Positions 48,991-59,700 of a DNA stretch of 64,000 nt are shown piece by piece; position 1 is the stretch's first letter; each line of letters opens with the position of its first letter. A model generated the notes under the pieces. The model did no database searches. It saw only the letters and a list, made by a program, of their open reading frames with translations, and was not told the origin of the DNA. The DNA is taken from assembly GCA_973895155.1 (NCBI GenBank), contig OZ316893.1:1302860-1366859 (forward strand), given 5' to 3'. Both the position numbers and the translations under genes were made by a program. This DNA comes from Marsupella aquatica. Its lineage: Eukaryota > Plantae > Marchantiophyta.

Positions 48991-49860
48991 TCACATCGCG
49001 TTGAATTTCCGCTTGGATGTGGTGGGTTGTTCTGTTGTTGTTTGGGCAGGGACGTCAGATAGCAGCCCCTGGTCGTTGCTCCTCCTCAGCCTGTCGATCA
49101 GGGACTGGGATTGCTGATGTGTCAGCCCTACCAACATATCAAGTGGCATCTTGAAATCATGCCTCAATCTGGTCAGTTACTCTAGACGAGCTCCCTTTGT
49201 GACCTGGATGTACTCACGCATCCCGTCCTTGTAAGTGAGCTGGTCTTCCTCGAACGGAACTGCCATGTACCTAAGAATCTCCTTCATGACACCTGCATTT
49301 GTTTTCAACACGGAGTTAGTGCTTAATGTGTGCATGAGATGGTTTAATTCATTTTTTATTGGGGGTTTTCTCTTTGTGCTTACCAGTCGCCGGTTTATCT
49401 CTCTAATGATCATAGAAGTCGGCCTTGAACACTTTCCTCTCCTCGATCATCTTCGACAGTTCTCTCCTCTTGATCCCATTCACCATCTCAATTGTCTCGA
49501 TTCCGAGACCGTTGCCGAAAGCAATTTGTTTAGCCGTTACCTCCTCGTCAGTCCGAAAGTCATCCGACGGCAGCTCTCTCATGATCATCCTTGCCATCTC
49601 CACGGCTGTCATGGGCTGCAAAGGAAAGACGTGAACAATGTGTTAGAACAATAGTGCCCGTCAATGTTAATGAATCTTGCAACTTTTGTATCATCATTTC
49701 ATTATATATCGCTTGCATCAACAAGGTGAAGTATGATGTGGACACTGTTTACCTGAACTGTTGTAGGACTAGCGCTTGTCGGATTGCTATTTGCGCCTGT
49801 CATTGTTTCTCGTTGTTGTTGTGATGCCTTCGCTGCCTTGTTGCCTTTGGTGGTCGACAT
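48991..49860 (-). pseudogene. Spliced accessory gene downstream of RepHel, function unknown (about 240 aa reconstructed)
   Basis: Exon 1 49860-49753 (MSTTKGNK...SPTTVQ, 36 codons); phase-0 intron 49752-49616 (CAG|gtaaac...cctttgcag|CCC); exon 2 PMTAVEMARMIMREL... with a frameshift near 49410. An in-frame TAA ends at 49177, and reading continues LTRLRHDFKMP...SKRKFNAM* to 48991. Confidence 0.6.
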
Positions 49861-52800
49861 CTGCTTGTTGAACACGACGAATTGGTAAGTGGAACACTTT
49901 GAAGTCCGGCGGCGTAAGATCTCCAACAATGCGCATGAATGCTCTATTTGTGACCCTACTCAACATAACGTACACCAGTCCCGGTATGAATGCACTGTTT
50001 ATTTCTAGCATGACCTTGCCCGCTAGTGTGAAACCTTGGCTCTTGTGACCTGTTATAGCGTATCCGAGCATGAGAGGGAAAGTGGATTCCCGATGGGTTT
50101 GCTGTCCCGAGATGAACTTGTTCTCGTGAACCGTGCGGTTGATCTTTACGAGGCAGTGGTTGAAAGACATTCTCACAAAAATTGACATTTTGCCTTCGGC
50201 TTCTGTAGTGATTTTCTCCACGATTCCTCCGTTGCCGTTCGCGGCCTGCTTGGAGAGGTCGATGTTGTGTGTGAGAATCACCTTGCATCCGATTGCAACG
50301 TTCGTCAGTGTGTGGAAGGAGGGATCTTGTATCCAAGGCCGGGTGGATTCGTCTGAAGGGGCATTGGTGAGTATTGGGACGGGCACGATCTCTTGGCGTG
50401 GAAAATATCTCCGTAATGCCCGTTCATTGTAGTTGTTGACTGTTTCTCTATGTGTGCATATCACGGTCATCGAGGCATCGATGAAATCATGGGCTTCTTG
50501 TTTGGACATGTAACAACGTCCCAGGCACTCATCGATCGATTCTTGGGTAGGGAGGCCTGTGCGGATGTTGTTAAGGAACTTCATGAACTCCCGATCTGTG
50601 CTCTATCTGAGCACAGTGCTGAGGTGAAATTTCTGCATGGTCTCAAAATATGGCGAGGACGAGAGGTGGCACGACCTGCATATGTCGTTGGTGTGGTGGG
50701 TGCAAACCGGAGGCAATTGGCACATGTCTCCGACCAGGATGACCGTCTTATTTTGGAACGGGTCAGATGAGCGGTCCTCGTCTTGGAGTGTCTCGTGTAG
50801 TCTTGTGGAGACGCAACGCAACAGTCTGGGTGTCAGCATGCTCGCCTCGTCTATGATGAACACGTCATTGTTCCTCAAGATGCGGTATTGGGAACTGGTG
50901 ATGTGCAGAGGCCTGAGCTCTCCTTGTATTGGAATGCTGAATAAGGCATGCATTGTCACCGCGTCCGCGTGAAGGTTTATGGCAGCCGCGCCCGTGGTGG
51001 CACACATCTTCACCTTCCTCCCTTTATATGTCCAGTATTTGTTCATGAAAGAGATGAAGAAAGTCTTGCCGGATCCCGGATTTCCATCAATCATGAACAT
51101 ACCGCTCTTGACATCCTTGAGTGCCTCAAACACTCTGATTTGGTCCGAAGTCAAGTTGACGGTCGGGAGAGTTTTGTCATTGAGCACCGCGCCAATCGGT
51201 TTCTCTACGGTGACGGTGGGGACCGCTTGGAATGTGGCCGCGTCGTTGAAAATTTGGTGGGGAAGCTTTTCGTTCAGCTCTTGTAGCAGGTGGGATGTGT
51301 GGTGGGTGGAGTAGAGGTGCGATGCACAATAATCAAGCACCAACTTGTGTACGTTGTTGACGCTGGTTATCAACTTGCGGTGTATGCACTCGTGCAAGTA
51401 GCTCCACGTCTCGCTTATGGGCCTGAGGAGAATCTCGCCTTCTGCACGGAATCTCACGACCTTCAGGAGGTAGTCGTAGAAGAAGCCGTTCATCTTGTAT
51501 ACTGGATGATACTCCGAAAATTGCACGAGCCGATCCGTCCGATACACAAAATTGCCTTGCAAATCCCTACCGACGTAGTCTTTGGTGGTGCTTTTCTTAT
51601 TGGTGAAGACCTCATGGTTGGTGAAGTAGTCGTAGAAGGACATTGCAAACATGTCCTCGGGCCTCTGTGCATAGAGTCTGGTGGGATGCAAACATATCCC
51701 CGAGGACTTACGGTAGATGGCGGACCTCAGTTCCGGAGGCGACGAGTCCATGAATGCCACTATTTCCGAGCGATGGATGATGCTGATTTTGAGGCACGTC
51801 AAGGCCGCCTCCATGGCACACACGCTCCGAGACACGACGGCTCCGCTGACGAGCTTGAGTTGGACTTCAGACAGGTCCTCGAGTCCTAGAGTGCGCGCAT
51901 CGTTTGCATTGAGCTGGAGTGATCCCAAGGGCTCGCATTTGATCGCATACTTGAGCAAATAGAATGACCAGGCCGCATTTGTGATGCGCTGCAGGTTCAT
52001 GTGCGCGCCCCACAATAGCAACACGAGCGGGTGGTATGGCATGACATTTTGGTGATGGTCGCTTGGCCTATGGTACCTCCATTTCCCCGTGGCGGGGTCG
52101 ATGGCCGCATCTTTGTCGAGGTGAGTTTCTTGGGGGAAACCCAACTTGCAGTACTTGAGGCCGGTTTGGGAATGCCTTTGCAAGCACAAACCCTCCTTGC
52201 AGTAGTGAAGTTGTTTCGTCACCACGTTGCGATACAGGGTCTTTTCTTCAAGTCCATTCGGCTCTTCAAATCTTCCAGATGTCGAGTCGAATCTGCCAGG
52301 GATGAATGCGGAAATTTTGTTTGTGACTCGATCGACGTCGCAATCCTTGACCCATAGCACCATGTGGGCGTGGAGTGATCCACGGCCCTGCAACTCGTAC
52401 TTGATGATGTAGTGGATCACATTTCCAATTATGGCGCGTTTCGACAAAATATAATCCCTGAAAAAACGTTGGATTCGTTCGTGGAAGAGCACGGCGCATT
52501 CGACAGGACAATCTTTCCATGAGAAGGTCGGATTCATCCTCTTCACAAGGTTCTCGAGGTCGGCGATCTCAGGCCAACGGGTGTCGCTAAGCTCATCGCA
52601 AGTGAGCGTGAGGAAGAAATGGGGCAGTCCCCATTTTCTCACCATGCACTTGAGGTCGTCGATGTGTCTTTCGTGCCAAGCCGGGCTCCCAGGAACGGCC
52701 TGCATGATTGTCTTTTTTATCAGCATTTTGTATATTTCCTTCTCGCTAAAGTGGGGGCACTTCTCCTTGATCTGCATGTATTCCTTGTCGATTACTATCG

Positions 52801-53960
52801 TTCTGCTCATGCTTGCTACTTGGCTGGCCTGTCGCAATTGGTACATGATAAGCATGTACGGCTTGTACAAAGTGAATATGCTGAACAATTGTTGTGTCCT
52901 CTATTTCATGTAGTCGATCAAGCTGAGTTGTCCTCGATGGAAACCCCTTGAGTGGACGAACAAGAACGGGAACATTGCATTTTCCAATGTCAATTGTGGA
53001 TCGTTCGATAGTCCTTCCGCGTCGGTGTTGACGCTCTCTTCGGAGCACATTCTCTTGCGGTCGTACACGGTGCCGGAACGAAAGACCTGGTACTTGCGCT
53101 TGTGTGAAGTCGGGATCCTGTACTGCACATCTTGGAGGATGTGCAGGTCGGGGTCGAATGTGTCAAAGTTCATGGATCTCGTGGTGATTCCCTTTGCCCT
53201 CTTGTCTTTGATGATGTTCTCTACTCCGTCGGAACTTAGGATGCACAGTCCCAGTGACGGGTCTGGCAACTCGACCAATGAACGTATCTTCTGAAAAGTT
53301 GGTTGGTCGTCAAATTGAGTTCCATGACCTTGTATATCTGTTGCATGATCTCCTCTTGATTATTGCACTCTAGCGTGTCGAGATTCCAGGATATGAGCAG
53401 GTTGTCAAGGAGGCTTTCCTTTTTGTAGAAGCTAGAGTGGAAGCCATTGTACTTTTGTATGATGCCTAATCGAGAATCGATTAGCGAGAGCAATTGCATG
53501 TACAACGGCTTCGCGGCTAGGATGTCGATCGCATATTGCGGAGATATGAAGGAGTTTATCTTGATACGGGCGGGGTTTCGCACGCAAGTCACGCACACGT
53601 TGATTGTTCCATCTTGGTTCTCAATGTACTGGTTGACAAATGCGTTGCATATGCCGTACGGCGTCATGTTCACCTTTGGTACAGTGGTGAATGTTTTGTC
53701 GATCCTCTGAGTGTTTCCGTATCGAACTAGTCCGCACATCCCGCACACCTTCATGCCTTAGATTGTCTTTTGGCAGATGGCTCTCCATTCTTGGAGATAA
53801 AATGGGGCTGAGGCCCATCCTTGACATAACGGACTCAGTGACTTGGCACAGGTGTTTATTGCACGCCTTCGTGCGGCATGTCTCTTCTCGGACATTGTAT
53901 GCCGTGACATTTTTGGGGAGACCTATGCAAAGGATTATGAACTCGTGAATTTTCTTAGCT
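49787..53960 (-). mobile_element. Decayed Helitron-like RepHel transposase (Helitron2/Helentron-type motifs)
   Basis: N-terminal CGMCG...VCVTC; HUH Rep motifs GSPAW, HFFLTLT, YELQGRGSLHAH and YLLKYAIK; PIF1 helicase motifs GNPGSGKT, ATTGAAA, IIDEASM, GDMCQLPPV, FPLMLGYAITGHKSQG and YVMLSR. In-frame TAGs end at 52901 and 50603, with frameshifts near 53280 and 53755. The 5' limit is approximate. Confidence 0.93.
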
Positions 53961-54009
53961 AGGGTCCATCCAAAATTCGCTCAATGAAATTCCAGAAACG
54001 AGACTTGTT

Positions 54010-54430
54010 TATCACAATCTCGTAGTTCCAAGAAGATTTGGTTGCTTGGCTCCAACCCAAGTTAGTAGAGCGCCAAACACCTCTTCAAAGTCATGCCATA
54101 AACACTACTCAAAGGTCATGCCACTCATGAAGCAGGCGGCCGCGCCTGTATCCACCAACGCAACACCCAAATTACCGTTAGAACTTGTGACATTCACAAA
54201 AATTGGCTTGTCAGGATTTATTGTCATAACCTTACGTAATTTCTCTCGCAACAACACCTTCTCTCCAACAGGCATATCCCCTACAAGGACCTCATCAACT
54301 ACTAAGGGTTTGGTCAGAGCAATACTTAAATTATTGCCCTTTTGCCCTCCATCTTCGCTCGGCTTGCCACCTTTGGTGGAACAATCCTTACTTCAATGAT
54401 GACCCATGGCGCCACACGTGAATCACTATA
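54010..54430 (-). mobile_element. LTR-retrotransposon gag zinc-knuckle plus aspartic protease fragment (knuckle duplicated at about 54603-54765)
   Basis: Minus strand reads *FTCGAMGH...SKDC (second copy *FTCGVMGHQSKDC, CX2CX4HX4C with the first Cys now TGA), followed by GVALVDTGAAACFMS (protease DTGA at about 54152). Confidence 0.75.
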
Positions 54431-54960
54431 AAGTTGTGCAGTTGTGTATGTAGGGTCTCTTGCCCCGTCGGGATACACACCAACTGGTTTTGATAATAAG
54501 TGATGAGCTTTTGGATATCACCCCTAAAGCTCATTTACCAAGACTTGTACCAAGTCAAGGCATAGTTCTCCTAGGTATTTCGGTTAGAGCATTACTTCAT
54601 GCCCTTCTGCCCTCCATCTCCGCTCAGCTTGCCACCTTTGGTGGAACAATCCTTACTTTGATGACCCATGACGCCACACGTGAATCACTAGAAAGTTGTG
54701 CAGTTGTGTATGTAGTGTCTCTTGCCCCGTCGGGATACTCACCAACTGGTTTTGATAATAAGCTCATTTACGTTACACATCTCTAACCGTGCCGCTCTAG
54801 GTACTTAGTGGTGACAGAAAGTGGTGACATGAGCACGAAGACCCTCAACTAGGTTTTCCCAAGTTAATGGCAAGGAGGAGTCCTCTTGCGACTTCTTCCA
54901 AGACTTGTACCAAGTCAAGGCATAGTTCTCCCAGTTTTGGGTATCACCCCTAAAGCTGAA

Positions 54961-55225
54961 TCAAGAAATTTGTCCAAGACGATGATCCCAACCGGGATCA
55001 AGTCTTGCGTTTGGACGCTATGCTGGTGAGGACGCTAAGGAGTTTGAGGTGGAGGCAATTCTATACGTTCGTTACAAACGCAAGTTGGGAAGGCAAATCT
55101 TAGAGTATTTGGTGAAGTGGGCTGGTTATGACCAGGCCGAGAATAATTGGCAACCGGAAGAAAATTTGGGTAATGCCTCAGAGATCTTTGGAAGCTATCG
55201 TAAGCGAAGCGGCCTACCGCCTTAG
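54961..55225 (+). mobile_element. Chromovirus (Ty3/gypsy) integrase C-terminal chromodomain fragment
   Basis: From 55040: EFEVEAILYVRYKRKLGRQILEYLVKWAGYDQAENNWQPEENLGNASEIFGSYRKRSGLPP*. The preceding frame reads KKFVQDDDPNRDQVLR, resembling an integrase-chromodomain linker. Not in the ORF track because it lacks a start codon. Confidence 0.85.
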
Positions 55226-55582
55226 TTTGTGAATTGGTACAGGTAACTATAGAACCTTGTAATCTAATCTAATGAATTATATAGGTTTAATACTCAGTCA
55301 ATATAAAGATATATTTGTATATATATGTATATATTAAAATATTTCTTCATGTTCTTTACGAAGTGAGGATCTTTGTTGCAATTCAAAATTGTAATGACAA
55401 AAAGCAATTCAGACATGGCTATGATTTGGAGTTGGTCTGGATTTGAAGCACACTAAACCGTCTTAAAGGACCGCAACAGAGTAAATGCCAAATTAAATAA
55501 CCAAAAGTTATATTAGAAAATAGCAAGGAGTTTAGGGTTCAAGAATCATGTTAGACACCACACAAAAAGCAGGAAGAACTTG

Positions 55583-56745
55583 AAGTCAGGAGACAGCAAA
55601 CCTGTATGTAGAAGCGTTGTTTAACTTATTTGGAGCTTCTCTTCTCTAGGTAACTTGAAAACTCACGTCCAACTTCCCGAACACCATTAAGTAAGTCGGC
55701 CGACACACCATGCCCTTTCTGCAAGAAGACTTGTGTGAGTACCAAACAAACTTTCCATTAGATAAAGTGTCCACCTCTAGTAAGTTACACTAACTAGGCC
55801 TCTTACCCAAGACTCCTTGAAACTAGAGATATGAAGGAAGAAAAAGCTTGCACGGAAACAATTCTAAGTATGCTTTAATTTGGGTTCATCTTTGCCCATC
55901 TAGAACTTCTTTGTTCACCCTCCCCCATACTATTTTTTTTAAAGTCAGGAGACATCAAACCTGTATGTAGAAGCGTTGTTTAACTTATTCGGAGCTTCTC
56001 TTCTCTAGGTAACTTGAAAACTCACGTCCAACTTCCTGAACACCATTTAGTAAGTCGGCCGACACACCATGACCTTTCTGCAAAAATTGTGTGAGTACCA
56101 AACAAACGTTCCATTAGATAAAGTGTCCATCTCTAGTAAGTTACACTAACTAGGCCTCTTACCCAAGACTCCTTGAAACTAGAGATATGAAGAAAGAAAA
56201 AGCTTGCACGGAAGCAATTCTCAGTATGCTTTAATTTGGGTTCATCTTTGCCCAATCTAGTTCTTTGTCCACCCTCCCCCATACTGTTTTTTTGTTATCT
56301 TCATTTTTTAAGTTCTGTGATTATTAAAGACTCATTATCAGTTTTGTCTTTATTGGGAGTTGCCAAATCTAGACCATAGGCCTTAAGTATCTTTGCAAAT
56401 TTTTAGTAAGATAGCTTAGCCTATAAAATACATCTCACATAAAATTGTGACTCACTTAAGTTTATTTCAGGTGTCAACCTAATTATAAATTTCAGTCTAG
56501 TTATAGGCTCTAAGTATACTGTTTTTTTTAAGTCAGGAGACATCAAACCTGTATGTAGAAGTGTTGTTTAACTTATTCGGAGCTTCTCTTCTCTAGGTAA
56601 CTTGAAAACTCACGTCCAACTTCCCGAACACCATTTAGTAAGTCGGCCTATAAAATACATCCCACATAAAATTGTGACTCACTTAAGTTTATTTCAGGTG
56701 TCAATCTAATTATAAATTTCAGTCTAATTATAGTCTCTAAGTGTA
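55583..56745. repeat. Tandem segmental repeats: two copies of about 359 bp plus a partial third, and a duplicated block of about 100 bp
   Basis: aagtcaggagaca.caaacctgtatgtagaag starts at 55583, 55942 and 56530; cctataaaatacatc.cacataaaattgtgactcac occurs at about 56420 and 56647. Confidence 0.92.
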
Positions 56746-59700
56746 GGTCGCGTGACTCATTTTATTTAAGGTGTCTCTCTAATTATAGGTCACATGATGT
56801 CCAGCTTTCAGTCTTTCACCTCTCGATCTCTCGATCTGTGATTTGAACCCAGTCTAAGCATTTCCTGCATTCAGCAGAGAAGTTACAATGTTTTAAATTG
56901 CCATACTCCTTGCATCCTTACAAATAAAACCCTATAGTAGTCACCTCTGGAGATGCTCGTATGGATGACTGGCCACGAAAGGGAAAACAAAATAATATAA
57001 CATAAATAAAAGATTCTCTATGTATATCAAATAAAAGTCAGCAGTGTTTGTCGCCCGAGTTTCACCAATGGAACCCCAACAACACTTTTTAAACGAGTGG
57101 CAGGAGACTTCTCATTGGGCCGCCAAGAAGCTCCAAACGAAAACACTCACTTTGTATCTGCCTTTCAGTCTCGTGGAGGAGGAGCAGTGACAATTGTCGA
57201 CACTTGCAATTTGAGGATTTCATATTCTCGTCTTGTAGCTCTCTGTGTTTCTCGTCTCCCCTCATTGATTGATCGAGTGATGGATCGATTGATTGATTGA
57301 ATTTGCTTGATTGTCCATCGTCCACAGACAGAGAATTTCGTAGGACAGGGAGACGCAGAGTGAGTGAGACAGAGGACGGATTGGATTGGATTGTAGTTGA
57401 GAGCTTGAGAGCATTGGCGCAGTGGAATTTGATGTAGCAAGGTATGAGGTGAGGAGGAAGAGGAGGAGGAAGGAAGGGAGGTGAGTGAGTGACATGAAGG
57501 GGAAGGAGTAACGGAGCCGGGAGGCATGGGAGGATCTTTCAGCGGGACCGGTGTTGCACCGCGCTTGAGGAATTAGGGTACATGTGCAGTAGATTGGAGG
57601 GCCTAGGTCCCGATGGCGTTTGTTCAGTTAGCCTGAAGTGAACATCCACTCGGGATGCGGATATCTTAGACATTCTGGAAGGGAAAGGGCTCGAATGGAA
57701 GGAGTTGGTTTGCTACACTGAGGGAGAATGGTTGTGCTATGATGGGAGAAGTGTTTCACTGAGTTAGTGAATGGATGACTGAACTATTTTGATGTCAAGC
57801 TGCTCCTTGCAGTGGCAGTGCCTTTGGCGTGTTTGACCTGTCATGAGCCTTCTTCAATTTGAGTAGTGCGCTTGAAGTGTGGTTAGTGTAGATTTCAATT
57901 TGATGGATGGCGTAGGACACGGATGACAAGGAGAGATTTAAGATGAGGCCCCAGCTTGGCTGTGTGCTTTAGTGGAGGGCAGACGGGGCGTGCTAGCACG
58001 CACAATGACAGCTCTTGCCCAATGGCGTGTTTCGACAGGGCAAAGTGCCTGTTCCGGGTCTCTATTGGCTTCCTCTGTATTTTTGGGGGATTGAGAGCGA
58101 ACTCTTGCATCGTAGACTTGGCGACTTTGAACTAGATGACACGACTCACCGATGATAAGATGATGACCTTTTCCAGGGCAACTTTGTTCCTATCTGATCC
58201 AAGGTAATCTCATCGGAGATACCTGGAATGAGTTGCTCAACATGTGCCCTCCAAAATACGTTCCGTCCACCGAGTAAAATCAGCCTCCCTATTCAGAGCT
58301 TGAGCTGAATGCCCAAGAGCATAGTCAAGCCCTTGAGAAAACAACTTGAGAACCAACATCCAAAGCACAGGCTACTCGACCAGCGCTAGGAGGTTCGTAT
58401 AATCACCCTACCAACACCACGTACAGTGATCTTTCCTCAAATTAAATGCCCTCCAAAGTACCATTCCATCCACCGAGAAGAGTAACCCTCACTATTCCGA
58501 GCTCGAGCTTGATGCCCGAGGGCATAATCAAAGCCTTTGGGATTCTAGCAGAACAACTTGAGAAACAAGATTTGAAAGAGAAGCCACAGCAGCACCGACA
58601 CGAGATCTCATCATGGGCGCAATCATCCCGTGCGTTGATTCTGTGGTCCAAGAAATAGCTCTCACATACGCGCGGCATAAGGTTGGAAACATAATGTTCT
58701 CTCCCTCTTGGTCATTTATCTCTATAACGTGATGATCTATAATTCCATTTTCGTTTCCAGCACCAACGCAGAAACTTTTGAATAGTAACAAAACGAGACA
58801 TCCTATCAGCTAAATGCAAACGTGACTCAATTTCCTCAGGTGCTATAATTGTTCAGTACGTAATCCTGCAACTGCTTAGAGTTCAGACAAGTGTTCAGAA
58901 GCGTCCTTCACTCAAACAACTACAACCAGGAATTCAATGACAACCACTACTCCTACTAAAAAAGTCCTCGAGAGACTGGCTTACCGGCCCCAAAGGAGCT
59001 CGGGACGATGTCTGTCATAGGATCTTAAAAGTTACGGCAAATAATTGATAAGCCCTTTCTAACTGGGAAACAAAAATGCACATTCGAGTACTTCAATTTT
59101 AAAACATGGCCACCATACGAAACGAATTGATTGGTAAATGTTGTCTATGCAGATAGAGACAGACAAGTTCTGGTCTGGGCTATTTCAAACGCTAGAGTGT
59201 TGTTTCCTTCCACAACAGACATCGATCCTCTGTGTCAGAGGAGAATCTACATCGAATGTCATTATCCATTCTAAATACCGGAACTCTAAATCCCATTCCT
59301 TCATCGAAATTCAGTTCAGCTCAGTGACGGGTCATCAGGAAAATACGATGATTGGAATAATGTAAAAATACTTAAAATACCCGCTTCCGTTTCCATAACA
59401 TCCTTCTGCCTTACGATCTTATCTAACAGGGGATCCGACACCAGATGGTGTGCAAGAATCTTACAGAAAGGGGATTCGGGCGTTTGTTGCAACGTCTGTA
59501 CAAATCTATGGAACCTTAATGGACAAATAATGAAAAGAAGTGCAAAAGATTTGACGCACCGGTGCAATGGAAGGAAGAGCCAATTAATGGAGCAGGGTTT
59601 CTTAGATGGGTTCCTCCTACCTGGAGAATTGAAACTAGAGTCGTTCTCGGTGAGAGATTTGTAGTTGAGCTTCGGTGATCTGCTAGAGTAGTTGAGGTTG

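Noticed and set aside
50133-53948. Many plus-strand ORFs over the Helitron, and antisense ORFs over the hAT genes
   Set aside because: Antisense shadows of the real coding strand.
53960-54430. In-frame fusion of gag-protease to RepHel
   Set aside because: Same strand, but all three frames have stops across the junction, so a fusion cannot be supported.
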